Assembly (NCBI GenBank): GCA_046497275.1
Contig: JAWOFX010000078.1
Location: 3,024 to 67,023 of the forward strand
Direction: 5' to 3'
Source: Promethearchaeia archaeon
Lineage (GTDB): Archaea; Asgardarchaeota; Lokiarchaeia; Sigyniarchaeales; SOKP01
Length of the DNA stretch: 64,000 nucleotides
This document shows, in pieces, positions 11,246 to 20,988 of this stretch. Position 1 is the stretch's first letter; each line of letters starts with the position of its first letter. Under the pieces are notes generated by a model. That model saw nothing but the letters and a program-made list of their open reading frames with translations, was not told the origin of the DNA and did no database searches. Made by a program: the position numbers and the translations under genes.

Positions 11246-11587
11246 TTATTTAAGCTTTTCAAAAAGCACTTGAAATTCTTTTTTAGCTTTAGATAATCCT
11301 AGTTGATCTAATAATTTTAAGGACTTCTCGTTAAGTTTATAAAAAGATCTATCTTCGGAGCGTTTATAATCATTCTTTTTTATGTTTTTAATTAAATTAT
11401 GTTCTTTTAGTATACTGAGATGATAATGAAGAGAATTGTCTTGAATAGATGGTAACAAGGATTTCAATTGACTAAAGGATAGGGGTTTTTCACTTGCAAA
11501 GAGAGTAAGCAAAATCTTATATCGTGTCTTTTCAGATATGAGCTCTAATTCTTTTCTTAAATCTTTGTAATTTTGTGGGATATTCAT
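11246..11587 (-). CDS. ArsR/wHTH-family transcriptional regulator
   Basis: KILLTLFASEKPLSFSQLKSLL...LHYHLSILKEHNLIKN fits the ArsR-type winged-helix pattern. Confidence 0.65.
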   Translation of the reverse strand: MNIPQNYKDLRKELELISEKTRYKILLTLFASEKPLSFSQLKSLLPSIQDNSLHYHLSILKEHNLIKNIKKNDYKRSEDRSFYKLNEKSLKLLDQLGLSKAKKEFQVLFEKLK

Positions 11588-11742
11588 ATGCTCACCTTTT
11601 TAATTTATTTTTATCGTTTCTTGACATGATATGAAAGTAAAATATCTATTTAAATCTAACTCAAATCTCATTGAGTCAATGCAATTTGAAACATTATAAA
11701 TTATAATAAGCTATTGGGTTTTTATTATATTTTTCATACATA

Positions 11743-12249
11743 ATGTATATTATGGAAATTTCTCATGATGATGATACGTGGGAAATATTTTTGGATGAAT
11801 TTATCGAAATATTCTCGATTGAGGGCTTAAGAAAGCAAAAAATTTTCATATGTGGATCCTATTCCAAAGAGAATTTAACCACATTGAAAAAAATAAGGGA
11901 AGAAATCAATAACGAATCTGAAAAATATTTAGCTTTTCTCGAACTGAGCTTTAAAAAAACTCATAATGAGAATTTCATTTTTAAATTTGATTTATTGGCA
12001 AGAATATCTGACGAGATTTTCATGGTCATCGAACATGATAAGGGAGGTCATATGATCGAATTGGGAATTATAATTACCACAAAGGAGTTTTTAGAAAAAA
12101 CGAATATATTGGTGTTAAAAGATGCTCCAATGACCCTTATGCTTAGCAGGGGCAGTCTGCTCACACCTTTTTTCATGGAAGACGAGAATCTATTTTATTT
12201 TAAAACAGTTTCAGATATAAAAGAGATAATAAATACACTCTATCCTTAA
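11743..12249 (+). CDS. hypothetical protein, nucleoside 2-deoxyribosyltransferase-like fold suspected
   Basis: KIFICGSYS...LKKIREEI... and SDEIFMVIEHDKGGHMIELGIII resemble the Rossmann-like NDT/SLOG pattern. The resemblance is weak. Confidence 0.4.
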   Translation: MYIMEISHDDDTWEIFLDEFIEIFSIEGLRKQKIFICGSYSKENLTTLKKIREEINNESEKYLAFLELSFKKTHNENFIFKFDLLARISDEIFMVIEHDKGGHMIELGIIITTKEFLEKTNILVLKDAPMTLMLSRGSLLTPFFMEDENLFYFKTVSDIKEIINTLYP

Positions 12250-12309
12250 GAGTTCATAAATTATTCTCATATTAATTTTTGTAAAAAAAATAATAAAAAG
12301 TTATAAGTT

Positions 12310-12720
12310 TTAGAAAGGCCATACAAATATTGCGATGCCAACCAATGCTTCTATGATTAAGGCAACAATGATATACAACAAGAATGCAACCACCGAGACA
12401 GCAATTGCCCCCAGGAATCCTGTATGATGCCTTGCACTGATTAATAGCCAAGTCAATATTAAAACGATGATCCATGCTACTATACCGGTTAGAAAGATGA
12501 ATGTTATCGCAAAGATTATTGTTATGATAAAGGAGGTCAAGAATACTTCTCCAAATCGATCATGTCTGGCTTTACTGAAGAAACTCAGCGCAATTGCTAA
12601 AAATATTGTCATAACTACTAGAAAAATCAAGTAGATTATAAGAAACCACATTATATCTTCTAAAGTTTCAAATGTCTGAGCCCAATCAGGATTAATTATA
12701 TCATCCATAATACTATTCAA
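12310..12720 (-). CDS. integral membrane protein
   Basis: 136 aa with about 4 hydrophobic helices. The overlapping 12272..12475 ORF is judged spurious. Confidence 0.5.
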   Translation of the reverse strand: MNSIMDDIINPDWAQTFETLEDIMWFLIIYLIFLVVMTIFLAIALSFFSKARHDRFGEVFLTSFIITIIFAITFIFLTGIVAWIIVLILTWLLISARHHTGFLGAIAVSVVAFLLYIIVALIIEALVGIAIFVWPF

Positions 12721-12801
12721 TTCAACCTTATTTTATAAATATCTTCTCTTTTAATTATTAACATTAGAGGGATTAATTTAGAAATATTAATTCACGAAAA
12801 T

Positions 12802-13410
12802 ATGATTGAATGGATCAATTTTATTTCTTTAATTGCAAGCATTTTTCTCTTCTGTATCTTCTATACCTTTAGCCTTGAACCAAAAAAAAGGAGCCAAAAG
12901 CGAGGGGAGAAGGCTTGGAAAGAATGTGCAATTTTCAGAATTATGGCAGGAATTTTTGAATTCCTAATTTTACTTAATATTATTCTGTGGATTTGGTTCC
13001 CTCTCCCAAGTATAGACTATCAGATATATTCAAACTACTGGATTGGAATTGGCATAGGTTTAACAATTTTAATTATTGGTAGTATCATTATGACTAAAGG
13101 AATAATTGATGCAGGTTCTGAAACTGCAAAACCATCGGAAAAAACAGAAATGTATGAAGGAATTTACAAATTTATACGACACCCACAATCTCTTGGAGAA
13201 TTCCCAATGTTCATCGCAATGGGATTTTTAGTAAATTCCTGGACGATAGTAATTATCTTAACGCTATTTATAGTTATTTACGTGCCTATTATGATTCATT
13301 ATGAAGAGAAAGATTTAATTAGACGATTTGGAAATAAGTATAAAGAATATCAAAAGACAACAGGTGCACTTATTCCTAAATTTAGAAATAAATCTGGAAA
13401 TAAAGGTTAA
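12802..13410 (+). CDS. isoprenylcysteine carboxyl methyltransferase (ICMT)/phospholipid methyltransferase family membrane protein
   Basis: GIYKFIRHPQSLGEF...HYEEKDLIRRFGNKYKEYQ matches the ICMT/PEMT C-terminal signature. The N terminus is multi-TM. Confidence 0.8.
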   Translation: MIEWINFISLIASIFLFCIFYTFSLEPKKRSQKRGEKAWKECAIFRIMAGIFEFLILLNIILWIWFPLPSIDYQIYSNYWIGIGIGLTILIIGSIIMTKGIIDAGSETAKPSEKTEMYEGIYKFIRHPQSLGEFPMFIAMGFLVNSWTIVIILTLFIVIYVPIMIHYEEKDLIRRFGNKYKEYQKTTGALIPKFRNKSGNKG

Positions 13411-13421
13411 AAAAATCTCCA

Positions 13422-14450
13422 CTATCTAATTTCTTCTTGGTTTTGTTTTTTTATATTGGTTGGGCTATTAATTCCATCTTGAGTCGATTTATAATTAACC
13501 AGTATAATTCCTACGCACACACATAATAGGGCAAATGGATAAATAAAAATACCAAATTGTTCACCTAAAAAAATCGCAGAGAATAGGACTCCGATTAATG
13601 GAACTAATGTTTGAAAAATTGCAGCTCTACTTGCATCTAATCGTTTTACACCTTCTAAATAGAATGTATATCCACCTACGGTTGAGATAAAAGCTAAATA
13701 GAGAATACCAAGCCATAACCGATTTGGAATCATGAAAAATTGAATCGGATTGATATATTCTGGGTTAATCATTAAAGCGATGGGTGTTGTAATTATGAAA
13801 CCAAACACAGAAATCCATGTAATCAACCATAAAGAACTTGGTTGGTATGAATTACTCTCTTTCTTAGTTTTATTCATAAAGAATCGAGAGGTCACGGTAT
13901 AAGTAGCATATGCGAATGCTCCCATTAATATTAAGATATCCCCAAGTATTCTATTTAATACTTCAACATTAGGAGAAAAACCAACAACCAAGATAACCGC
14001 TATAAAAGCTAAAAAAGTACCAATAAGTTTTTTCAATGTAATTTTTTCTGTCTCTATGAAAATTCCAGAAAGAATAACAACCCAAACTGCATTCGTAACA
14101 ATGAGAATGCTAGCGTCACTTGCAGAGGTAAAAATCTCCCCAATAAGATACCCAATTTGATATATTGTTACAGAGGTTAATCCCATAAATAGTAAATATT
14201 TCCAATTTCTTAATGCAAATTTAATCTTCAAAGACCCTTCTTTATATTTTAAGAGAATTAAAAAGCAAACGATTGCCAAAAAATATCGAATCACTACTAT
14301 CATTAAGGGGGGAATGGTTTCACCACCTACCTCTTCGGACACCATCCATCGTCCCAGAGGCCACGTACCACCCCAAATAAATGCTGTAATTATTAGCAGT
14401 ATGTAAGCTTCAAATTTACTTTTTTCATTACTGAATATAGTTGATTTCAT
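13422..14450 (-). CDS. EamA/DMT-superfamily transporter
   Basis: 342 aa with about 10 TM helices in two repeated halves. This is typical of the EamA duplication. Confidence 0.8.
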   Translation of the reverse strand: MKSTIFSNEKSKFEAYILLIITAFIWGGTWPLGRWMVSEEVGGETIPPLMIVVIRYFLAIVCFLILLKYKEGSLKIKFALRNWKYLLFMGLTSVTIYQIGYLIGEIFTSASDASILIVTNAVWVVILSGIFIETEKITLKKLIGTFLAFIAVILVVGFSPNVEVLNRILGDILILMGAFAYATYTVTSRFFMNKTKKESNSYQPSSLWLITWISVFGFIITTPIALMINPEYINPIQFFMIPNRLWLGILYLAFISTVGGYTFYLEGVKRLDASRAAIFQTLVPLIGVLFSAIFLGEQFGIFIYPFALLCVCVGIILVNYKSTQDGINSPTNIKKQNQEEIR

Positions 14451-14495
14451 TTTATTATTAGATCTTTTCCTTTTCCTTTACAAACAAAAATTTTA

Positions 14496-14657
14496 TTATT
14501 TTGAAGAATCCTCATAGAATACAGTGGTTATTAGCAGAGAACCCTTGATTGTTTGGGTAATAAATTTAATATCAATTTCAGGAATTGTATTTAACCATTT
14601 ATTAATATTTTCTTCAGCCTTTTTTCCTCTTTCAACTTCTAATACTTTACATTTCAT
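14496..14657 (-). CDS. small conserved-looking protein (53 aa), not in the ORF track
   Basis: My own translation gives MKCKVLEVERGKKAEENINKWLNTIPEIDIKFITQTIKGSLLITTVFYEDSSK. It has an ATG start, tandem TAA stops, and a balanced composition unlike the surrounding spacer. Confidence 0.4.
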   Translation of the reverse strand: MKCKVLEVERGKKAEENINKWLNTIPEIDIKFITQTIKGSLLITTVFYEDSSK

Positions 14658-14759
14658 TTTAAGCTTAGATTATTATATATTCAAAATTTTAATTTAAGGA
14701 AGATAATATCAAATTCTATAAAAAGTTGTGAATTTGACTTAACTCATGAGATAGATATA

Positions 14760-15356
14760 TTATTTTTTATTATTCATATCATCTATGAACCTAGAAATTT
14801 TTGCTGAGCAAGATTTGCAAAATTCTATGGGTTTTTCATCCGTCTGAGCTAAATAATTAGAGAACCGCATGATACAATAATTATCACAATGGTTTAAGCC
14901 GAGAGTATGACCAAGTTCGTGCACTGCTTCCTTAAGAGTTCTTTCCCTAAATAAATCCTCATCTTTTTTTTTGTTATAAAATTCTTCCTTTAATCGACTC
15001 ACAGATATAATTGAAACTCCAAAATTTCTGGTTGCTTTAGAGTTTGGCGGAGTGGCAATTCCAAAAACAAAATTTAATCCGCTTGAATAAATATCAACAT
15101 CTAAAACACCCAGGGTTCTAAAATATTGTTCCTTTTTTGAATGATTAAATAGGCGAGTTAAAATTTTAGAACCATCGTATTGTCTTCTTATTTCATTATA
15201 TTCAGATTCTAGCAATGGTAAAGGTTCTTCAGCAAGAATGATAAATAAGTTAAATTTCTCAAACCTTTTTTTCAACCCTTTTTCTAAATTTTTTAATGTT
15301 TTATTATTGATTTTTCCGATTTCTTGTAAATAGATCTTTTTTTTTGGCTTAATCAT
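14760..15356 (-). CDS. amzA: archaemetzincin (zinc metalloprotease)
   Basis: HELGHTLGLNHCDNYCIM...CKSC matches the archaemetzincin HExxHxxGxxxC..C..CxxC signature. Confidence 0.85.
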   Translation of the reverse strand: MIKPKKKIYLQEIGKINNKTLKNLEKGLKKRFEKFNLFIILAEEPLPLLESEYNEIRRQYDGSKILTRLFNHSKKEQYFRTLGVLDVDIYSSGLNFVFGIATPPNSKATRNFGVSIISVSRLKEEFYNKKKDEDLFRERTLKEAVHELGHTLGLNHCDNYCIMRFSNYLAQTDEKPIEFCKSCSAKISRFIDDMNNKK

Positions 15357-15638
15357 TTTAAAGTAAAAGAAATTAGAAAAAATTTAAATGTACGGTGTAA
15401 AAATCATTAATTTATCGTAAGTATATATATTAATAATTAATCAGCTGCTTGTAATAATCTAATTATAATAAAGCTTTTAAAAAGAAATCATACGAATATA
15501 AAGTAAAATCTTGATATAGTTTCAAATATTAACAGAATCTGAAATTTCGGATTATTCTTCTTTAATCTAAGATTTTTAAGTTAATATATCCTTTCATTAA
15601 TTGGGTCAAAATAAATTTTAAAAGAGATCCATAATTAG

Positions 15639-15815
15639 GTGAAAATTTTGAATTATTGTCCAGTATGCAACAACTTATTAGTTCCAAAAGATGATCATTT
15701 ATATTGTAGAGTCTGTGATAAGAATTACAAACTCGTTAAAAATCAGGAGGGAGAATATAAAAACGTGACAAAATTAAATCCTAAAGAAGAGATTGAGCCC
15801 CTTGTTATTGATTAA
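15639..15815 (+). CDS. stand-alone zinc-ribbon protein resembling the N-terminal ribbon of RpoM/TFS (58 aa), not in the ORF track
   Basis: My own translation gives VKILNYCPVCNNLLVPKDDHLYCRVCDKNYKL... (CPxC-x12-CxxC). The start is GTG at 15639 or TTG at 15648. Confidence 0.45.
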   Translation: MKILNYCPVCNNLLVPKDDHLYCRVCDKNYKLVKNQEGEYKNVTKLNPKEEIEPLVID

Positions 15816-16044
15816 AGAATCATTTTCTCACAGAGAAAGAGAATCGTAGAAGAAAATTAAATCTCAAATTTTTATTTTTAATTCAAAAGTATCTTTAAGC
15901 TACTCATTTTTAATTAATTCCATTTTTTTTTAAGATAAATTAAAGTTTCTTAGAATAATTAGATTATAACGTTAAAAATTATAAATTAAATCAGAAGAAG
16001 ATCAATATAGACTGAGATTAATAATATAATGAAAATGATATGAA

Positions 16045-16677
16045 ATGGTAATATGTAGATATTTAGGGAGATCATGTGTTGAGGTTATAGCCGATAAGGA
16101 TCATATTATAATTGATCCAAATTATGTTGAATTTCCAAGGAAAGGAATCAATAAAATCCTTTTAACGCATGAGCATGATGATCATCTTTCTCAAGAGAAA
16201 ATTCAGAGGATATTTAAAGAATTTATTAGAGAAGATCAAGAATTCCAAATTTTTGGTCCCATTTCCACCAAGGAAAAAATAGCAATAGAAGAACCATTTA
16301 TAGTTAAAGATGGATCCGTTATTGAGTTAAATGATGGAAGAATTGAAGTTTTTAAAATAGATTGTTGGGGTTCTGAAGCATGTGTGGCTTATTTGATCTA
16401 TATTGATGATAAAAGAATATTACATACAGCAGATTCGGCAAATTATTCTGATCGACTCAGAACCATAGAAAAAGCTGTTGATTGTTGTTTTGTTGCAACA
16501 TTCGAAGATTATTATGATAATTATTTGCATTTTATTAAAACCATAATGCCAAAATTAACTATCCCTTATCATTTTGGTCCTGATAAGAAGGAGATTGGAA
16601 AGAAAACAGCCGAATTTCTACAAAAAAATGATATTAATGTAAAATATTTAAATCCCGGAGAAGAAATTAATCTTTGA
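16045..16677 (+). CDS. metallo-beta-lactamase-fold hydrolase
   Basis: An intact HxHxDH motif (LLTHEHDDHL), downstream HTADS, and a terminal H (IPYHF). Confidence 0.75.
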   Translation: MVICRYLGRSCVEVIADKDHIIIDPNYVEFPRKGINKILLTHEHDDHLSQEKIQRIFKEFIREDQEFQIFGPISTKEKIAIEEPFIVKDGSVIELNDGRIEVFKIDCWGSEACVAYLIYIDDKRILHTADSANYSDRLRTIEKAVDCCFVATFEDYYDNYLHFIKTIMPKLTIPYHFGPDKKEIGKKTAEFLQKNDINVKYLNPGEEINL

Positions 16678-16849
16678 GATAAATTTCAAAATCTCTAAAG
16701 TCAATTTCTCCGAATTAAATGTTATATACACTTTTTTTAAATAAATACCAATAATAAGTATAAATAAAAACATCATCAAAATAATTAAAGATATAGAAAA
16801 ATCTCATAAAATTATGCGAATCAAAATAAAGAGACAATGGTAAATTCTT

Positions 16850-17785
16850 ATGATAAAAGATCTTATTAAAGTTAATAATCTTTCGAAAGACTTTGGTGAA
16901 GTCTTGGCTGTTGATAAGATAAGATTTAGCGTTGACCAAGGAGAAATATTTGGATTCCTTGGGCCAAACGGAGCGGGAAAAACAACCACAATCCGTATGA
17001 TGACCGGAGTGTTGAAACCTACATCAGGTACCATTGAAATTTATGGAAAAAATGTCTGGAAAAATCAGATAATGGTTAAACAGATCCTTGGGAACGTCCC
17101 CGAAATGGCGAATGTGTATATGGATTTAACAGGTTTACAAAATTTAAATTTCTTGGGAGAAGTATACGGAATACCAAAAAAAGAAAGAATAGATAAAGCT
17201 ATAACCCTTTTAAAAAAGTTTGAACTATTTGAACGGAAAGATAGTCTTGCAAAAAAATATTCAAAAGGAATGAAGCAACGATTATTATTATGTATGGCTT
17301 TGATGAGTAATCCGAAAATTCTATTTCTTGACGAGCCAACATCTGGATTAGATGTCCATTCAAGTATAATTATAAAAAATTTAATAAAAGAATATAATAA
17401 AGATGGGATGACAATCTTTCTTACAACACATAATATGGACGTGGCAAATGAAATGTGTCATAGAATCGCTATTATTAATAAAGGAAAAATTATAAGATTA
17501 GATACTCCAGAAAATTTACGAACAATAGAAAAAGAATTTCAATCAATTGACCTTTATCTTTCTAAAAAAATTGATCTTTCTGCTTTAGAACAATTAAATG
17601 GAATTGAGAACGCAAAACAAATAAAGAATTATTATCACCTCATTGTTAATAATATAGATGAAGCAATTCAGCAAATTATCGATTTTACGAGATCTAATGA
17701 TATTAAGATTAATAAAATCAATACCCCAGAACCCAGCTTAGAAGAAGTATTTATTAATGCGATTAATGGAGGTGAGAAGAATTAG
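16850..17785 (+). CDS. ABC transporter ATP-binding protein (ABC-2/DrrA type)
   Basis: Walker A GPNGAGKTT, signature YSKGMKQRL, Walker B ILFLDEPTSGLD, H-loop TTHNM. Confidence 0.9.
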   Translation: MIKDLIKVNNLSKDFGEVLAVDKIRFSVDQGEIFGFLGPNGAGKTTTIRMMTGVLKPTSGTIEIYGKNVWKNQIMVKQILGNVPEMANVYMDLTGLQNLNFLGEVYGIPKKERIDKAITLLKKFELFERKDSLAKKYSKGMKQRLLLCMALMSNPKILFLDEPTSGLDVHSSIIIKNLIKEYNKDGMTIFLTTHNMDVANEMCHRIAIINKGKIIRLDTPENLRTIEKEFQSIDLYLSKKIDLSALEQLNGIENAKQIKNYYHLIVNNIDEAIQQIIDFTRSNDIKINKINTPEPSLEEVFINAINGGEKN

Positions 17786-18566
17786 AGAAGAGGTATTTGA
17801 GGAAAAATCAAAAGTAAAATTAATAATCGAGCAAATAAGAAGATCATTCGCCATCGCAAAAAAAGATTTAAAGATTTATTACAATAAAGGACCCGTGGTG
17901 ATCCAGGGTATAGCTTTCCCAATTATTTTATTCTTAGCATTCACTATTGGTAGAGAAATTCTTCCCCTTTTTATCATTAGTGGTTTAATAACAATGGTAC
18001 TATTTTTAACATCAACTTCCATCGGCCCCGTGGTTTTTCCATGGGAAACAAGACAGAAAACTCTTGAACGCTTAATAACTTGTCCAATCTCTATCAAAAC
18101 AATCCTTTTAGGAAATGTGTGGAGTTCCTTTCTTTTTGGATGCATATTTTCAATTGTTCCTTTAACATTAGGGATAATATTTCTAGAACTTTGGAGAGAT
18201 ATAAACCTCTTGATTTTGATTCCTGGCATTATATTAGCAGCGTTTTCTTTTTCCTCCTTTAGTTTAATTCTCTCGGTACCTCCAACTGATACTCCAGCAA
18301 ATACGATGATTCTTACAATTCTTATTAAATTTCCCTTGATATTCATTAGTCCCTTATTTATGCCTATTAAATTAAATCCTTTAATCCTTATCTCTCCATT
18401 AACTTACTTCATTGATCTCTTGAATACTGGTCTCAGAGAGGCAAGTGCGTTTGGAGCTTTTGGTTTGATTATTGATTTTGGATTTCTTTTATTATTTGGG
18501 TTCGGATTTCTTTTCCTTGCGTTCATCTTACATGCAATAACACTTCAAAAAAGATTTAAAGGTTGA
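17757..18566 (+). CDS. ABC-2 type transporter permease
   Basis: About 6 TM helices, directly downstream of and overlapping the ATPase gene. The real start may be ATG 17766 or GTG 17772, following GGAGGTGA. Confidence 0.75.
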   Translation: MRLMEVRRIREEVFEEKSKVKLIIEQIRRSFAIAKKDLKIYYNKGPVVIQGIAFPIILFLAFTIGREILPLFIISGLITMVLFLTSTSIGPVVFPWETRQKTLERLITCPISIKTILLGNVWSSFLFGCIFSIVPLTLGIIFLELWRDINLLILIPGIILAAFSFSSFSLILSVPPTDTPANTMILTILIKFPLIFISPLFMPIKLNPLILISPLTYFIDLLNTGLREASAFGAFGLIIDFGFLLLFGFGFLFLAFILHAITLQKRFKG

Positions 18567-18765
18567 AAAATTAACTTCTGAGAAAATTTTAATAAAAAAT
18601 TAGAATTTCGTACTATTCTTTTTTATTAAAAATAATGGTTTTTCGTAAAAAAATTATCTAAGCTCATCAAAAAAGATAAAAGTTATAATGATTTATATAA
18701 AATTGTAGTAGATAATATTATCAGATCTTTAAACACTTTTTATATTTTCAAGGTGCTAAATAAGT

Positions 18766-19404
18766 ATGTCAATGCAAAAAATTATAACTCAATTACATGA
18801 CAATAATAAAGAATTTACTACTTCTGAAGAATTAAAGGAATACAGTCAACAATTATATTATAACTATAATAATGTAATTAGTTATTTGTTAAAACAAGGA
18901 TATCTCTTAAGGATTTTTAAGGGGATATATTATGTAAAAAGTAATGAAGAGATTGAAACTAATAAGCTGAAATATTCCTTGCTTGAGTTAGTGGGAAAGG
19001 GTTTAGAACTTAGGGGTATTAGCAATTGGTACTATGGATTATATACTGCTTTAAAATTGAATAATTATCCTGTGGAAGAAGAGCGGGATTTATTTTTTAT
19101 AATGAGTGATAGATTATTTAAAACAAAACCAGTAGAGATTGCTGGACATTCATTCAAATTCATTAAATTAAAATATTCATTATTCGATTTTGGCACAATT
19201 AATCAAAAAGTTAAATATTCCAATTTAGAAAAAACAGTTTTAGACTTTATTTACCTATGGAAATACAACGGGATTCACGATCAGAAAATAATAGTAGATA
19301 TCCAAGAATTTATGGAGGGAGTGGAAGGGGAAAGAATTTTAAAATATGCCCAGTATTATCCTAAAAGCAATTTGCGGATTCTTCAAGAAGCCTTAAAAAA
19401 ATAG
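18766..19404 (+). CDS. AbiEi-antitoxin-like wHTH protein (orphan)
   Basis: The N-terminal FTTSEELKEY...YLLKQGYLLRIFKGIYYVKS matches the AbiEi N-terminal pattern (G.l.ri.rG.Y). No nucleotidyltransferase toxin gene is adjacent. Confidence 0.5.
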   Translation: MSMQKIITQLHDNNKEFTTSEELKEYSQQLYYNYNNVISYLLKQGYLLRIFKGIYYVKSNEEIETNKLKYSLLELVGKGLELRGISNWYYGLYTALKLNNYPVEEERDLFFIMSDRLFKTKPVEIAGHSFKFIKLKYSLFDFGTINQKVKYSNLEKTVLDFIYLWKYNGIHDQKIIVDIQEFMEGVEGERILKYAQYYPKSNLRILQEALKK

Positions 19405-19561
19405 GTAATTTTCTGGAATTTTTTCAAGAAAAACTTCTTCTATTTTCTACTTTCATAATTCTCATTAAATTTCCAACTATATCAATACTTTAAAATAGAA
19501 ATCATTATAAATTATTGTATATATCATTATTTTTAAGAGTAGAAACGAGTTTGAAATTAAA

Positions 19562-20200
19562 ATGGTGAAGATTAGATTTTTAGGAAGATCCTGTTTAGAA
19601 TTGATCACACTTAAAGGGCATTTCATAATTGATCCAAATTATTTACGTCCTCCTACTGAAGGAATAGAGAAGGTTTTTTTCACTCAAGGGAATATGTATC
19701 ATTTTGATCCTAGTAAGTTAAAAGAAATTCAAGATAATTACTTTGAGAATGAAAAGGATGAAAAGGAACTAGAAATTTATGGACCAGATATTTTAAGAGA
19801 TAAAACAGAGTTCGAAATTAAAAAGATAAAAGATGGAAAGAAAATTACTTTTGAGGATACTGAGATTACAGTATTTGAAGTGGAATGTGAAAGATCAGAA
19901 AAATGTTATTCTTATGTGTTTACAATTGGGGAAGTAAGAGTATTATATACTGCAGATTCCGCCCTTTTTTCTGATAGACTAAAAAATTTTCAAGAAAAGA
20001 TTGATTATTGTTTTATTGCATGTTTTGAGGAGAATTTTGAAGATTATCTATTGTTTTTACAAAAAATAAACCCGAAAGTTACTTTTCCGTTTCATTTTAT
20101 TGAAGGTGAGGAGGAAAAGGCTAAAAAATTAGTTGAATATTTAATGAATAACGGTCTTGAATCCTCATTTCTTGATATTGGGGATGAGTTTGAATTCTAA
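19562..20200 (+). CDS. metallo-beta-lactamase-fold paralog with degenerate metal site
   Basis: Collinear with 16045..16677 (MV.IR.LGRSC.E.I....H.IIDPNY ... YTADSA.FSDRL ... C.F). The HxHxDH motif is replaced by FFTQGNMYHF. Confidence 0.7.
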   Translation: MVKIRFLGRSCLELITLKGHFIIDPNYLRPPTEGIEKVFFTQGNMYHFDPSKLKEIQDNYFENEKDEKELEIYGPDILRDKTEFEIKKIKDGKKITFEDTEITVFEVECERSEKCYSYVFTIGEVRVLYTADSALFSDRLKNFQEKIDYCFIACFEENFEDYLLFLQKINPKVTFPFHFIEGEEEKAKKLVEYLMNNGLESSFLDIGDEFEF

Positions 20201-20226
20201 AATAGCTAAATTTTTTATTTTGTAAG

Positions 20227-20766
20227 ATGGAAGAATGGCTAAATTCGAAAGGAGAAATCATATTAAGAGAAATAGGGATAAGGGAGTCCCAAAAAGTTGT
20301 GGATTTTGGGTGTGGTGAAGGAGTATATAGTATAATAATATCCAAAATAATTGGCGAGACAGGAAGAGTCATAGCAATAGACAAAAATCAAGAGAGATTA
20401 GATGAATTGAGAGAAAAAATAGTAGAACACAATATAGATAATATAGAGTTATTGCATCTCCCTGAGGATTCCACTTTGCCGATAGAAGATACTTCTATTG
20501 ATGTATTTTTATTATATGATGTTTATCATCTATTAGATAAAAAACAGAGATTGAGAGTTATAGAAGAAGCTGCCAGAGTTCTACACGAAGATGGATTGCT
20601 ATCATACCATGCAACTCACTTAGATTCTTATGAAGTAAATCTTAAAGAAGTGAAAAAGCACATGCAAGAGCATAATTTAGTTTTTAAAAAAAAATATAAA
20701 AAACCAATGTTTCATTGGAGTTGGATTGAAGAGGGTGTAATATTAAACTTCTTTAAAAATCTTTAA
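20227..20766 (+). CDS. class I SAM-dependent methyltransferase
   Basis: Motif I VVDFGCGEGVYS, followed by an acidic post-I residue (AIDKN). Confidence 0.8.
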   Translation: MEEWLNSKGEIILREIGIRESQKVVDFGCGEGVYSIIISKIIGETGRVIAIDKNQERLDELREKIVEHNIDNIELLHLPEDSTLPIEDTSIDVFLLYDVYHLLDKKQRLRVIEEAARVLHEDGLLSYHATHLDSYEVNLKEVKKHMQEHNLVFKKKYKKPMFHWSWIEEGVILNFFKNL

Positions 20767-20988
20767 AATCAAAATTTAGGACTAACTAAATTATTCCTAA
20801 AAAATTCTATAAAACAAGTCTTTCTTATCTATTCTTTAAATTTTATTAATAACTATAAATAAATTAGAAATTTCTCTTACATTAATTAAAGAGATGTTCA
20901 AATTTCGTTATGGACTATTAAATTAATATTAAAAAACCTCATTCAACACTAATTAAATGAATTAAAATTAATATAAAAAGGTGAGAAA

